40,268 bases of DNA from Thermodesulfobacteriota bacterium (GCA_034658835.1 JAYEGA010000073.1:1-40268), one strand, 5' to 3'; shown: positions 1 through 11,532, numbered from the stretch's first letter. Notes: generated from the sequence alone by a model not told the origin. Translations and numbers: made by a program.

Positions 1-117
1 GGCAGGCACAACCCTCGTGTGGTCAAACGAAAAATGAGTAACTGGTCTGTAAAACCAAGGAGCGTAAACACTGCAGCCATCAAACAAAGGAATGTCCGTA
101 TTGTGGTGGTTAAGTGA
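1..117 (+). CDS. 3' end of an unidentified ORF entering from the left edge (..GRHNPRVVKRKMSNWSVKPRSVNTAAIKQRNVRIVVVK*)
   Basis: Frame +1 is open from base 1 to TGA at 115-117. The basic tail is faintly transposase-like, but I cannot place it. Confidence 0.2.
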   Translation, partial: GRHNPRVVKRKMSNWSVKPRSVNTAAIKQRNVRIVVVK

Positions 118-144
118 ACAGTATTGCGCCTAAATGTGAATTAT

Positions 145-552
145 CTAAGTATTTTCTGCTATTTTAAGTCTTTTTTCCGCTCTTTCTAAAGAGCTTTTAA
201 TTTTTTCATAATCGAGATCATCTTTGGAAATCTTGGCTAACTTCTGTTCTGCGATCTCCTTCGCCCTTTTTGCCCTTTCCTTGTCAATCATATCTGCCCT
301 TTCAGCAGACTCTACAAGGACCGTCACCTTGCTGGACGTTACTTCAGCATAGCCCGTATTTATGGCATAATATGTTTTTTTGTTGTCTTTCGTATAATTG
401 AGTTCACCAAAGTTGACTCCACCCAAAAGTGCCGCATGTCCCACCAATACCCCAAATTCACCTTCACTGCCGGGTATTGTTACATCTTCAACCTTATCGC
501 TAAAAGCCATTTTCTCCGGCGTAACAATTTCCAGCATCAATTCGTCAGCCAT
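145..552 (-). CDS. atpC: F0F1 ATP synthase subunit epsilon
   Basis: 135 aa. The N-terminus [37 protein letters not shown] is the typical epsilon beta-sandwich signature. It is the last gene after atpD. Confidence 0.93.
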   Translation of the reverse strand: MADELMLEIVTPEKMAFSDKVEDVTIPGSEGEFGVLVGHAALLGGVNFGELNYTKDNKKTYYAINTGYAEVTSSKVTVLVESAERADMIDKERAKRAKEIAEQKLAKISKDDLDYEKIKSSLERAEKRLKIAENT

Positions 553-573
553 CTATATATCCTCCAACTTCAG

Positions 574-2025
<1,452 letters not shown>

Positions 2026-2059
2026 CTATATAATGTAAGACAAGACCGTGTCCTGACTT

Positions 2060-2935
2060 TTATCCAGATGCCAATGCTTCCGTACCACCTACGATGTCCA
2101 TCAACTCAGCGGTAATAGCCGACTGTCTTGCCTTGTTGTATCTCAGTGTAAGATCCTCGATCATTTCATCACAATTTCTGGTAGCATTGTCCATAGCTGC
2201 CATCCTTGCACCGTGCTCTCCGGCTGATGTTTCCAAGAGCGCCCTGAAAATGAGAACCCGAATGTACATCGGAAGAAGCTGTTCTATGAGAAGTTCTTCG
2301 GAGGGTTCATAGATATAATCAACTTTTTTTTCAGGTTCTATTTCTGTCTCTTTGCCTATAGATGGTAAGGGTAGCAACCTCACAACTGTCGGTCTCTGAA
2401 TGGATATATTAACAAATTCATTGAAGATCAAATATAATTCATCATATTCCTCTGCAATAAAAGAAGGGATAATATCTTCCCCGATTTTAGCAGACAGGCT
2501 CATGTCAAAATTTCCAAACACATCCGTGTGCTCAGCTACAATATCTACCTTCCTCCTGAAGGAATCTCTTCCCTTTTTACCCACCGGGATTAATATTGCT
2601 TCTTTGCCTTCACCTGCTTTTTCTTTGAGGAATCTATCTGTAGCCCTGATTAAATTTGAATTAAAACCTCCACAGAGTCCTCTATCCGAGGTCATGCAGA
2701 TTACTCTGATCTTTTTCGGTTCCCTTACTGCCAGAAGCGGATGAGTCGTAGGATCCACGCGGAGCGCCAGGCTGCTAAGCACTTCCATGAATTTACTTGC
2801 ATAGGGCCTGAAATTTTCCATTCTCAACTGGGCAGACTTAAATTTCGAGGCAGCTACCGCATTCATGGCCTTTGTTATCTGCATGGTTTTGTCAACCGCT
2901 ACAATCTTTCTTTTAATGTCTCTTAATGCGGCCAT
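2060..2935 (-). CDS. atpG: F0F1 ATP synthase subunit gamma
   Basis: 291 aa. N-terminus is LRDIKRKIVAVDKTMQITKAMNAVAASKF and C-terminus is ITAELMDIVGG. It lies between alpha and beta. Confidence 0.96.
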   Translation of the reverse strand: MAALRDIKRKIVAVDKTMQITKAMNAVAASKFKSAQLRMENFRPYASKFMEVLSSLALRVDPTTHPLLAVREPKKIRVICMTSDRGLCGGFNSNLIRATDRFLKEKAGEGKEAILIPVGKKGRDSFRRKVDIVAEHTDVFGNFDMSLSAKIGEDIIPSFIAEEYDELYLIFNEFVNISIQRPTVVRLLPLPSIGKETEIEPEKKVDYIYEPSEELLIEQLLPMYIRVLIFRALLETSAGEHGARMAAMDNATRNCDEMIEDLTLRYNKARQSAITAELMDIVGGTEALASG

Positions 2936-2962
2936 TAATATTTACTCCTTACTCAATAATAT

Positions 2963-4477
2963 CTACTCGGTAACGAATACGGAATCAAACTCCGTCAAGG
3001 TATCAGTCATCTTTTTATCCAGTTCCGGGCTTATCTCTTTTTTCTCATCTATCTCGGTCATAATTTCAGAGTACTTTCCCTTTACAAAACTTGAAAGTTG
3101 GATTTCGTAATCCTTTAACTTTTCAATCTCATATTTGTCCAGGAAGCCTTTGGTACCTGCGTACAAAATAAGTACCTGTTCTGACAGGGACATTGGCTGA
3201 TATTGAGGTTGTTTCAATATCTCAACTAACCTGGCTCCCCTTGCCAGCTGGGCCTGTGTTGCCTTGTCGAGATCACTTCCGAACTGGGTAAAGGCCGCCA
3301 GTTCTCTGTATTGGGCCAGATCAAGCTTCAGAGTTCCTGCAACCTGTTTCATTGCCTTGACCTGGGCGGCGCCACCTACCCTCGAAACAGACAATCCCAC
3401 ATTGATTGCAGGTCGTATGCCGGAGAAGAATAGATCCGGCTCAAGGTACACCTGACCGTCTGTAATGGAAATAACATTGGTGGGAATATAGGCGGAAACG
3501 TCTCCTGCCTGGGTTTCAATAAGCGGGAGCGCAGTCAGGGAACCACTCCCTAACTCTTCACTCACCCTCGCAGCACGTTCCAACAATCTTGAGTGGTTAT
3601 AAAAAATATCTCCGGGGAATGCCTCACGACCCGGAGGTCTTCTCAGAAGGAGAGATATCTGCCTGTAGGCAACCGCCTGTTTTGAAAGATCATCATAAAT
3701 AATAAGGGCATCCTCCCCTTTATCCCTGAAATATTCACCGATGCTGCATCCGGAGTATGCGGCGATATACTGCAGCGTAGCCGGATCGCTGGCACAGGCC
3801 GAGACTACACATGTGTAATCCATGGCATCATTTTTTCTCAAGGCCTCCACGACCTGGGCCACGGTCGATTTTTTCTGACCGATGGCAACGTAAATACACT
3901 TAACTCCGGTATCCTTTTGCCTTATTATGGCATCAATACAGATAGCGGTTTTTCCTATCTGTCTGTCACCGATGATGAGCTCCCGCTGACCTCTCCCGAT
4001 AGGTGTCATGGCGTCTATAGACTTTAACCCGGTATACATGGGTTCATTGACCGGCTGACGTTCAATGACACCGGGAGCAATCATTTCTATCCTTCTGAAC
4101 TCAGTCGTCTCAATCGGCCCCTTTCCGTCCATGGGTGCACCGGTTGCGTCGATGACCCGACCCAATACGGCTTCTCCGATAGGAACCTGGGCAATCCTGC
4201 CTGTCCTTTTAACTGTATCTCCTTCTTTGATATGTGTGTCTTCTCCAAGAATGGCAACACCGACATTATCAGTTTCCAGGTTCAGAACCATACCCAATAT
4301 TCCGCCGGGAAATTCCAGCAGTTCCATTGCCATGGCATTTTCCACTCCATAAATTCTTGCAATGCCGTCCCCGACTGACAGGACAGTCCCGGTTTCACTT
4401 ACATCCAGCTTTTTTTCATAATCCTTTATCTGCTTGGAAATTATTTCACTTATTTCCTCTGCCCTGATTTTTTCCAT
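2963..4477 (-). CDS. atpA: F0F1 ATP synthase subunit alpha
   Basis: 504 aa. Walker A GDRQIGKT is present, and the sequence is alpha-like throughout. Confidence 0.98.
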   Translation of the reverse strand: MEKIRAEEISEIISKQIKDYEKKLDVSETGTVLSVGDGIARIYGVENAMAMELLEFPGGILGMVLNLETDNVGVAILGEDTHIKEGDTVKRTGRIAQVPIGEAVLGRVIDATGAPMDGKGPIETTEFRRIEMIAPGVIERQPVNEPMYTGLKSIDAMTPIGRGQRELIIGDRQIGKTAICIDAIIRQKDTGVKCIYVAIGQKKSTVAQVVEALRKNDAMDYTCVVSACASDPATLQYIAAYSGCSIGEYFRDKGEDALIIYDDLSKQAVAYRQISLLLRRPPGREAFPGDIFYNHSRLLERAARVSEELGSGSLTALPLIETQAGDVSAYIPTNVISITDGQVYLEPDLFFSGIRPAINVGLSVSRVGGAAQVKAMKQVAGTLKLDLAQYRELAAFTQFGSDLDKATQAQLARGARLVEILKQPQYQPMSLSEQVLILYAGTKGFLDKYEIEKLKDYEIQLSSFVKGKYSEIMTEIDEKKEISPELDKKMTDTLTEFDSVFVTE

Positions 4478-5035
4478 CTATGCTTCCTCCCCTAAGAGAT
4501 TCCTTATGTTGTTCAATTGAGTCTTTATGCTTCCATCATAGACAGTATCGCCAATTCTCACAACAACACCGCCCAGAAGTGTTGGATCATCCTCAATAGT
4601 GACATCGACCTTCTTGCCGGTAAGCTCTTCTAAATTACTCTTAATACTTTCGGATAATTCAGTGGATAAAGGGAAAGCTGTTTTAACATCAGCCCTTACC
4701 TTTTTCAGTGTACTGTCAATAAGCTCTCGATAACAACTTTCTATATCCGGAAGGATATCAACCCTCCGCTTATCTACCAGTAGCTTAAGAAAGTTAGTGG
4801 TCATGTTTGAGATGTCAATACTTATCAACACCTTTTCTACAATGGCCTTTTTATCACTCTGATCAAAAACAGGATTGGCTAAAAAGTCTTTCAGGTTTTC
4901 GTTTTCCTCAAGTATGGAAGAAAAACTTTTCAATTCACCGTAGAATTTTTCGTAATTGTCTTCTTCTCCAGCTACGCTGAAGAAAGCTTTTGCATAACGC
5001 TTTGCAATGCCACTACCGATCAATTTTCTCACCAC
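4478..5035 (-). CDS. atpH: F0F1 ATP synthase subunit delta (OSCP)
   Basis: 185 aa. It has the IAKRYAKAFF N-terminus. Its stop directly abuts the atpA start. Confidence 0.9.
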   Translation of the reverse strand: MVRKLIGSGIAKRYAKAFFSVAGEEDNYEKFYGELKSFSSILEENENLKDFLANPVFDQSDKKAIVEKVLISIDISNMTTNFLKLLVDKRRVDILPDIESCYRELIDSTLKKVRADVKTAFPLSTELSESIKSNLEELTGKKVDVTIEDDPTLLGGVVVRIGDTVYDGSIKTQLNNIRNLLGEEA

Positions 5036-5084
5036 CCTAAATTTGTTTTTTACTGAAAGCTATCTGCTGAATGCTGAGCACTTA

Positions 5085-5723
5085 TTATTTAGTATCAGTC
5101 TGTCCAGAGTGAGTTTGCGAATAAATACTCTTTAAGTAATCTTTAACTATATTTTCGTGGTCTTTCTCTTTAACGTTACTTTTTAGAATTTCTTCAGCCA
5201 TTTGTATGGAAAGTTCAACTGCCTCAGCCCTCAATTGACTTTTGGCCTTCTTGGTTTCCTGTTCAATTCTGGTCTGGGCGTCTTCTTTTATTTTCTCAGC
5301 AGTTATTCTGGCACTTTCAATAATCTTTTCCTTTTCTGACAATCCCTGTGTTCTTATCATTTCAGAGATTTCATTAATCTCCTCAGTAGCCTTGTCCAGT
5401 TTAGCAGAGTACTCTTTAAATTTCTTTTCGGCTTCCTCCTTTGCGGCTATTGCTTCTTCCAGGGAAATTTTGATATCTGTCCGCCTTCCGGAGAAAAATT
5501 CCTTTATCTTATCTCGAACGAGCCAGTAAATGATTCCAATAAAAACAGCAAAATTTAAAGCCCTAAAGCTGAAATCGAGCAATTGTCCACCGTTACCATG
5601 AGATTCATCTGATCCTCCCGAGGCGTGTACCATTACGGAAGTTAAAATCACAATCATAACAACGGGTAGCAAGAAACGTAAGAAAGATCGCTTATATGGA
5701 TTTTTTGAAAACCATTCTTTCAT
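5085..5723 (-). CDS. atpF: F0F1 ATP synthase subunit b
   Basis: 212 aa. One N-terminal TM segment is followed by a long charged coiled coil (EEAEKKFKEYSAKLDKATEE..). There is a 4-nt overlap with the upstream b' gene. Confidence 0.85.
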   Translation of the reverse strand: MKEWFSKNPYKRSFLRFLLPVVMIVILTSVMVHASGGSDESHGNGGQLLDFSFRALNFAVFIGIIYWLVRDKIKEFFSGRRTDIKISLEEAIAAKEEAEKKFKEYSAKLDKATEEINEISEMIRTQGLSEKEKIIESARITAEKIKEDAQTRIEQETKKAKSQLRAEAVELSIQMAEEILKSNVKEKDHENIVKDYLKSIYSQTHSGQTDTK

Positions 5724-6148
5724 TGAATGCTCCTCCCCAACACTTTTTCGGCGATCTCAATCGATGTATTCTGAGACTGTTTTTTCAAAAACTCTCTTGC
5801 TTGGTCCATTTCCTTGCCAATCTTTACATGAAATTCTTCAATCATCTGTGAGATTTTATTTTTCGCTTCCTCAATTATTTTTCCGCCTTCTTCAGATCCT
5901 TCCTGCTCTATTTCATTTTTCTGATTCAATGCTTCCAGCTTTGCCTGGCGAACCTTTTCTTCGTATTCAGCCATTTTTTGTTCAATAGTCTGATTGAGGC
6001 TCTTTACTTCTTCATCCGATTCCGTAAGTTGCTGGTTTCTCTTGCCAATTATTCCCAAGATTGATTTATAGAGAAACATATTCAATAAGAAAATCAGGAG
6101 AAGAAAATTAAACATTTGAATACAGACAGTATAATCAATACTTACCAT
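5720..6148 (-). CDS. atpF2: F0F1 ATP synthase subunit b' (second stalk paralog)
   Basis: 142 aa. An N-terminal TM segment (FNFLLLIFLLNMFLY) is followed by a charged helix. It lies immediately upstream of atpF. Confidence 0.8.
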   Translation of the reverse strand: MVSIDYTVCIQMFNFLLLIFLLNMFLYKSILGIIGKRNQQLTESDEEVKSLNQTIEQKMAEYEEKVRQAKLEALNQKNEIEQEGSEEGGKIIEEAKNKISQMIEEFHVKIGKEMDQAREFLKKQSQNTSIEIAEKVLGRSIQ

Positions 6149-6455
6149 TACTAATTACCTCACAGAGACAGTCCTTAATTAAAAACGAAAAAGCCGAGCA
6201 AACAAAAATTGGCCCGGTTAGACTAATCTAATGCCACCCCAAAATAACGGGTGCAAATATCTGTAAAAATATACTCTGATCTCTAACTTTCCTGTTTGCC
6301 CTCACTAAAATAACCCTTCATAAACCTATAACTCAAAGCAGCGGATTCTTAATCATAACTCTCAATAATTGTCAAGGTTTTTTTGTTTCAACCGTGGTAA
6401 TCGAAAGCGGGTAGTCTGTTTCAAAAGCGGGATAAAACTTTTGGCAATAAAAGTG

Positions 6456-6484
6456 TTGACTAAATTTTCTGGTATAGATAGAGT
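6456..6484 (+). promoter_or_regulatory. candidate sigma70-type promoter for tpiA-secG
   Basis: TTGACT at 6456-6461, a 17-nt spacer, then TAGAGT at 6479-6484. This sits 47 nt upstream of the tpiA ATG. Confidence 0.3.
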
Positions 6485-6530
6485 TATTGATTAAGTAAAC
6501 AAAGCTGATACTTTCTTTGGAGAATCTAAA

Positions 6531-7280
6531 ATGAGAAAACCTTTTATAGTTGCAAACTGGAAAATGCATAAGACGGTCAAAGAATCTGTCGATTTCGCCC
6601 ATCAATTGAGGAAAAAGTTTTCCGAACCTGCGGACAGTGATATTGTAATTGCCCCGCCATTTACATCACTTTATCCTGTAGCGGAAGTATTGAAGGGATC
6701 TGCCATTCACCTTTCTGCCCAGAATCTTCACTGGGATGAAAAAGGGGCTTATACAGGTGAAGTATCCGCGGGGATGTTGATCGATGTAGGTTGTAAGTAT
6801 GTTATAATAGGTCATTCTGAACGCCGAACCCTCTTTAATGAAAAAGATGGCGATATAAATCGGAAGATCAAAATTGCCCTGAAGTTCAACCTGAGACCAA
6901 TATTCTGTTTTGGGGAAACTTCAGATGAAAGGGAATCAGGTCAGACGTTTACCGTTATTCAAAGACAGCTGAAAGAGGGATTGATTGATCTGTCTTCTGA
7001 TGATATAAGGCAGATAATTATCGCTTATGAACCGGTTTGGGCTATTGGTACAGGTAAGACGGCTACACCTGGTCAGGCTGGAGAAGTACACCGCTTTATT
7101 CGAAACATGATAACAGAAATTCATGGAACAGATATTTCCGGCAATACAGTGATACTCTATGGGGGAAGCGTCAATCCCGATAATATAGGTGATCTTATGA
7201 GTCAACCGGATATAGATGGTGCTCTTGTTGGCGGGGCGAGTCTCGATGTCGAAACATTCATTAAGATCGCAAAATTCTAA
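6531..7280 (+). CDS. tpiA: triose-phosphate isomerase
   Basis: 249 aa. Motifs present: ANWKMH, IIGHSERR, YEPVWAIGTG. Confidence 0.97.
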   Translation: MRKPFIVANWKMHKTVKESVDFAHQLRKKFSEPADSDIVIAPPFTSLYPVAEVLKGSAIHLSAQNLHWDEKGAYTGEVSAGMLIDVGCKYVIIGHSERRTLFNEKDGDINRKIKIALKFNLRPIFCFGETSDERESGQTFTVIQRQLKEGLIDLSSDDIRQIIIAYEPVWAIGTGKTATPGQAGEVHRFIRNMITEIHGTDISGNTVILYGGSVNPDNIGDLMSQPDIDGALVGGASLDVETFIKIAKF

Positions 7281-7295
7281 AGAGGTATTTCTAAA

Positions 7296-7670
7296 TTGTA
7301 TGAAGTTATAGTTATTTTACATGTTGTTATGTGTATAGCATTGATCCTTATTGTGCTCCTTCAGACAGGAAGAGGGGCGGATATGGGAGCTGTATTTGGT
7401 GGTGGGTCAAGTCAGACCGTTTTCGGAAGCAGCGGTCCAGGAACATTTCTTGGAAAAGTGACAGCTGTTATTGCCACAGTCTTTATGCTAACATCTCTCT
7501 GGCTCGCTTATGCTGCTACTCATAAGGGTTCAGTTATGGAGGGACCTGACAAGACAGCAGTTGAACAAGCGGTGCCAAAGGATCAAAACGTGCCTGGAAA
7601 TATCCCTCAAAACACAAAACAATCCGCCAAAACCGCGGAAGATGGGTCAAAGAATTCTGGTGGGAGATAG
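7296..7670 (+). CDS. secG: preprotein translocase subunit SecG
   Basis: 124 aa with a TTG start. Has LLQTGRGADMGAVFGGGSSQTVFGSSG plus two TM segments. It follows tpiA, as in many bacteria. Confidence 0.9.
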   Translation: MYEVIVILHVVMCIALILIVLLQTGRGADMGAVFGGGSSQTVFGSSGPGTFLGKVTAVIATVFMLTSLWLAYAATHKGSVMEGPDKTAVEQAVPKDQNVPGNIPQNTKQSAKTAEDGSKNSGGR

Positions 7671-7758
7671 TCCACCGGGGGTCAGATATTGACCCCCATA
7701 CCATACGCTTTTCCGTTGACGGAATCTTTCGGGAAAGATAAATTTGAATATATATTGT

Positions 7759-7845
7759 GCCGAAGTGGTGGAATATGGTAGACACGCTATCTTGAGGGGG
7801 TAGTGGGTTACGCCCGTCCGGGTTCAAGTCCCGGCTTCGGCACCA
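7759..7845 (+). tRNA. leuU: tRNA-Leu (anticodon GAG), class II with long variable arm, CCA encoded
   Basis: Hand-folded. Acceptor is GCCGAAG/CTTCGGC. D stem is GTG/CAC. Anticodon stem is CTATC/GGTAG with loop TTGAGGG. T arm is CCGGG-TTCAAGT-CCCGG. The secG-tRNA-Leu(GAG) order mirrors E. coli secG-leuU. Confidence 0.9.
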
Positions 7846-7856
7846 AAAAGAAAACG

Positions 7857-8027
7857 ATGAGTCAAAAGGTAAAACAGCCGGACCGGAATTTCAGGATTGA
7901 TTGGCAGGGATACAACACTGATGACCCCAAAAAGCGTGAGGAGAGGGTTGATGTATCTCCTTCAGGCACAGAGGGAATATTCATTGACGTGGAATCTCCT
8001 GAATATGACGAAGAACAGGAATCCTGA
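7857..8027 (+). CDS. small hypothetical acidic protein (56 aa, MSQKVKQPDRNF..ESPEYDEEQES)
   Basis: This is the ATG-initiated part of the 7803..8027 ORF, taken after removing the part that overlaps the tRNA. It is followed by a hairpin terminator. The RBS is weak and there is no recognisable family. Confidence 0.3.
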   Translation: MSQKVKQPDRNFRIDWQGYNTDDPKKREERVDVSPSGTEGIFIDVESPEYDEEQES

Positions 8028-8045
8028 ACATACCTACACACAAAA

Positions 8046-8077
8046 AAAGGGTTAACCGTGGCAACGGCTAACCCTTT
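8046..8077. terminator. bidirectional hairpin between the small ORF (+) and the tRNA pair (-)
   Basis: AAAGGGTTAACCG (8046-8058) pairs with CGGCTAACCCTTT (8065-8077): 13 bp with one mismatch. It has an A-run on one side and a T-run on the other. Confidence 0.5.
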
Positions 8078-8085
8078 AACATTTC

Positions 8086-8160
8086 TGGTAGTCCCAGGGG
8101 GAATCGAACCCCCGTTACTGGCGTGAGAGGCCAGCGTCCTAACCCCTAGACGATGGGACC
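8086..8160 (-). tRNA. tRNA-Glu (anticodon CUC), CCA encoded
   Basis: The reverse complement reads GGTCCCATCGTCTAGGGGTTAGGACGCTGGCCTCTCACGCCAGTAACGGGGGTTCGATTCCCCCTGGGACTACCA. Anticodon stem is CTGGC/GCCAG with loop CTCTCAC. The body is Glu-type. Confidence 0.88.
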
Positions 8161-8161
8161 A

Positions 8162-8235
8162 TGGCTGGGGTACCGGGATTCGAACCTGGGTAGCAGATTC
8201 GAGAGACCTGAGTCATACCGATGGACGATCCCCCA
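8162..8235 (-). tRNA. tRNA with Gln-type scaffold but an anticodon loop reading CUC; isotype uncertain, possibly a pseudo or atypical tRNA
   Basis: The reverse complement reads TGGGGGATCGTCCATCGGTATGACTCAGGTCTCTCGAATCTGCTACCCAGGTTCGAATCCCGGTACCCCAGCCA. It has U1-A72 and UGGGG..CCCCAGCCA, as in bacterial tRNA-Gln. Anticodon stem is CAGGT/ATCTG with loop CTCTCGA. There is a G-A mismatch in the acceptor stem and an A-C mismatch in the T stem. Only 1 nt separates it from tRNA-Glu. Confidence 0.6.
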
Positions 8236-8258
8236 ATAAAGGTGCTTTTGAGTGATAC

Positions 8259-8287
8259 CGCATAGACAAATAATCTTGAGATGTCAA
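8259..8287 (-). promoter_or_regulatory. candidate promoter for the tRNA pair
   Basis: On the minus strand: TTGACA (8287-8282), a 17-nt spacer, then TATGCG (8264-8259). This is about 23 nt upstream of the tRNA 5' end. Confidence 0.3.
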
Positions 8288-8363
8288 GATTTAATTTCTT
8301 ACGCTTTAGTCTAAGAGCCGGAATCCTATTTTATTGATTATGAGCTCAAGTATTATTTTATGT

Positions 8364-9287
8364 TTAACACATAACAAATCCTTTACCTGCCCCCTTTGCT
8401 TTAAATAGTAAGCTGTCGGCTTTTCTGACAAATTCCTCCAAATTTGAACTCTGCGCATAACAAGTCACACCACAGCTAATCGTCATCTTGCTTAAATTTG
8501 TTTCTTCCAGATCATCAAACTGATAATCTGAAATGATATTAGCTAAATTATTACTTACAACCTCTGCTTCCTTTATACCACATCCCGGCAAAATGATGGC
8601 AAATTCATCACCGCCGTAACGAAAAGCAATATCCGATTTACGCAGTGATTTTCGAATCAACAGTCCTAAATCCCTTAATAAATTATCGCCAGCCTGGTGA
8701 CCAAGTGAGTCGTTATATTCTTTAAAATCGTCGATATCGATCATGATGAGTGAAAGTTCAAGATTGTACCTCTTTGCCCTGTTTGTCTCCTCAGCCAACA
8801 GTAAATCAAAATGGCGGCGATTATATAAAGTAGTTAAGGCATCTGTTATGGCAAGTGCTGAAAGTTCAAGGCTGGAATCAATTAGATTGTCTGAATATTC
8901 ACTTAGTCGACTTATTTTATCTTGAAGTTCACAGTACAGTTCATTGAAAAGATGTTTGAGGGTTATGATTTCGTTTTCTTCTTTAATTTCCTCCTTTTTT
9001 CCTGTTACCTGAATTGATTTTGCCTTAATTTCTTTTGTCAAGGCTTCCAATGATCTCATCCAGCGAGACATCAGGAGGAAACAGAGGGAGGGGAAAAGAA
9101 ACATGGAAGAAAGAGCATATATAAATGTGTCCTTTAAGTTGTCAATCTGGTCAGGTTTGAGGACAGGGAGAAGATAATAAAAGATGAAAAAAATCACGAT
9201 TAATAAGGGAAGAAGGGAACACAACGCAAAAAATATCGCAAAAGTTCTTCTTCCACTTTCTTTATCTAACGCGACAAAAAGTGCCAT
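8364..9287 (-). CDS. membrane-anchored diguanylate cyclase (GGDEF domain)
   Basis: 307 aa. Two N-terminal TM segments and a coiled linker. The active site RYGGDEFAIIL is intact. An RKSD (RxxD) I-site lies five residues upstream of GGDEF. Confidence 0.9.
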   Translation of the reverse strand: MALFVALDKESGRRTFAIFFALCSLLPLLIVIFFIFYYLLPVLKPDQIDNLKDTFIYALSSMFLFPSLCFLLMSRWMRSLEALTKEIKAKSIQVTGKKEEIKEENEIITLKHLFNELYCELQDKISRLSEYSDNLIDSSLELSALAITDALTTLYNRRHFDLLLAEETNRAKRYNLELSLIMIDIDDFKEYNDSLGHQAGDNLLRDLGLLIRKSLRKSDIAFRYGGDEFAIILPGCGIKEAEVVSNNLANIISDYQFDDLEETNLSKMTISCGVTCYAQSSNLEEFVRKADSLLFKAKGAGKGFVMC

Positions 9288-9353
9288 AGCATCATACCTC
9301 GAATGTTATATTCTACTAATTTGCAAATAGCGTTTACTTTGTTTCAGGAAACT

Positions 9354-10763
9354 TCAATGATTTTTTATGAAGTCCAACGCTTTTCTTATTCTTTGAGCAA
9401 CCTTTTCCTTCCCCAAGGTTATCATGACCTGATCAATGCCGGGGCTTATAGTTTTCCCCGCCAGGGCAACTCTCATCGGCTGGGCAATAAATTTGAGTTT
9501 TGTATCCCTTTCCCTTGCGATTTCCCGGAGAAATTCTTCAATCCCTTCTTTTGTATAATCCTGCAGCAAGGGCAGTTTTTCTATCACGGCCTCCAGATGT
9601 TCTGCAAACTCCATCTTCAAAAATTTTTCTGCTGCCGCTTTTTCATATTCTATTTCGTCCTTAAAGTAGAATATTCCTGAATCTGCCATCTCCACAAGGG
9701 TCTTTGATCTGGTTTTCAGATCGAGAGCGACTTTCTTTACAAAATCTTTGTCTGACGTATCCAGCCCTGATTTTTTCAGGAAAGGACTTAATTCATGAGT
9801 AAGTCTTTCTGCGGCGCATTCCTTTATATAATGCTGGTTAAGCCAGAGTAGCTTTTCTGGATTAAAAACCGCGGCAGATTTGCCCACCACCTCAAGAGTG
9901 AACAGCTCAATCAGCTCATCCAGTGAAAATATTTCCTGATCCCCATGAGACCAGCCGAGTCTTACCAGATAATTGACAAGGGCCTCCGGCAGATAACCCA
10001 TATCCTCATATGCCATGACCGATGTAGCGCCATGACGTTTGCTTAACCTTGTCTTATCAGCCCCCAGGATCATAGGAACATGTGCAAATTCGGGTAATTT
10101 GTATCCTAATGCTTCATAGAGGAGGATCTGCCTTGGTGTGTTATTGAGATGGTCATCACCCCGTATAACGTGGGTAATCTCCATTTGTGCATCATCTACA
10201 ACGACGGCAAAGTTGTAAGTGGGGTATCCATCACTCCGTTCTATTACCAGATCGTCCAGCTCTTCATTATTAAAGTTAATGGCACCCTTAATAAGGTCAT
10301 TAACAATCGTAATACCAACTTGAGGACATCTGAATCTCACTACTGAATTTGCGGTCTTCCTGAGATTTTTATCCCGGCATGTGCCGTCATATTTCGGCTT
10401 TTCCCTTTTTGTAAGCGCCTTTTTTCTTTTTTCGTCCAGCTCTTCCGGGGCACATGCACAGTAATATGCCTTTCCCTCATCCAAGAGTTTTTTTACCATC
10501 TTTCTGTGGAGTTCAACGCACTCAGTCTGGAAGAAAGGTCCCTCATCCCAGTTAAGCCCAAGCCATTTCATGGCATCTAAAATGGCCGTGGTAGATTCCT
10601 CTGTTGAGCGAAGTTGATCGGTATCCTCAATCCTCAGGATAAACTTTCCGCTGTTGTGTCTGGCATAAAGCCAGTTAAATAAGGCCGTTCTTGCACCCCC
10701 GATGTGCAAAAACCCGGTGGGAGATGGAGCAAACCTTGTTCTTATACCTTTTTTTTCAGACAT
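9354..10763 (-). CDS. gltX: glutamate--tRNA ligase
   Basis: 469 aa. Has [22 protein letters not shown] (HIGH-type motif) and RLSKRHG (KMSKS-type motif). Confidence 0.96.
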   Translation of the reverse strand: MSEKKGIRTRFAPSPTGFLHIGGARTALFNWLYARHNSGKFILRIEDTDQLRSTEESTTAILDAMKWLGLNWDEGPFFQTECVELHRKMVKKLLDEGKAYYCACAPEELDEKRKKALTKREKPKYDGTCRDKNLRKTANSVVRFRCPQVGITIVNDLIKGAINFNNEELDDLVIERSDGYPTYNFAVVVDDAQMEITHVIRGDDHLNNTPRQILLYEALGYKLPEFAHVPMILGADKTRLSKRHGATSVMAYEDMGYLPEALVNYLVRLGWSHGDQEIFSLDELIELFTLEVVGKSAAVFNPEKLLWLNQHYIKECAAERLTHELSPFLKKSGLDTSDKDFVKKVALDLKTRSKTLVEMADSGIFYFKDEIEYEKAAAEKFLKMEFAEHLEAVIEKLPLLQDYTKEGIEEFLREIARERDTKLKFIAQPMRVALAGKTISPGIDQVMITLGKEKVAQRIRKALDFIKNH

Positions 10764-10950
10764 TTTTCATACACCTTGGTTACGATGTTAACATCTTTAA
10801 TACTGATGTCTGACTTTTGTCAAGTTGGATTTTTGTATAAGGAGAGGAGTTTATGAAGAAATTTTGCTTGACAACAACAGTGTTTTTTAATTAGCTATTA
10901 AGTTCCTTTCTTGGTATAAAAACAACTTCTCTAAAAAGAGGGAACAGATT

Positions 10951-11487
10951 TTGAAGATCAAGGTAGGAAATATACCGGAAGGGGGGCTCAATCTTGAGTT
11001 TTCCAAAGATGGGAGCTGGTTCGACAAAGTATTGCCGGAGAAGGAAAGAATTGATTTTTCCCTTCATAGGGTTGATATTTGCCTTTCAGCAAACAAAGTC
11101 GGCGAAACTGTGTCACTCGAGGTTAAGATAGAGACGGCAGTTGATCTGGAGTGCTGCAGATGTCTGGGAGGTTTTACCTTTCCAGTAAAAACCGAGTTTA
11201 AATATACTCTTATTCCTATTAAGGAAATATTTGAAGAAGAATTGGAATTGACCAGCGAAGACCTCTCCTCCGGTTATTACGAAAATGATGTAATTGAATT
11301 GGGCCAGGTCGTTTTTGAGCAAATATTACTTCAGCTCCCGCTTAAACCGATTTGCAATGATTCATGTAAGGGAATTTGTCCGCATTGTGGAGTTAATCTT
11401 AATGAAGAAAATTGTAAATGTCAGATGAGAGCGGTTGATTTCAGATTTGCCGTTTTGGAGGATTTTAAGGTTTCAAAACAGAAATAA
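10951..11487 (+). CDS. yceD: YceD/DUF177 family protein (23S rRNA accumulation protein)
   Basis: 178 aa with a TTG start. The C-terminus has C..CKGICPHCGVNLNEENCKC. It lies directly upstream of rpmF, the conserved arrangement. Confidence 0.85.
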   Translation: MKIKVGNIPEGGLNLEFSKDGSWFDKVLPEKERIDFSLHRVDICLSANKVGETVSLEVKIETAVDLECCRCLGGFTFPVKTEFKYTLIPIKEIFEEELELTSEDLSSGYYENDVIELGQVVFEQILLQLPLKPICNDSCKGICPHCGVNLNEENCKCQMRAVDFRFAVLEDFKVSKQK

Positions 11488-11532
11488 TAATTTTACAACT
11501 AATCATAAACTAATTTTTTAAAAGGATATCTC

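Noticed and set aside
1-117. Calling the left-edge ORF fragment a transposase or mobile element
   Set aside because: Only 38 residues are visible, with no inverted repeat or catalytic motif. The resemblance to transposase tails is an impression, not evidence.
7803-7856. 5' part of the 74-aa ORF 7803..8027
   Set aside because: This part is the 3' half of tRNA-Leu read as protein. Only the portion from the ATG at 7857 could be coding.
9303-9680. 125-aa plus-strand ORF spanning the GGDEF-gltX spacer into gltX
   Set aside because: Most of it is antisense to the gltX 3' end. It is Phe/Cys/Gln-rich with no motifs. The real spacer is only 66 bp.
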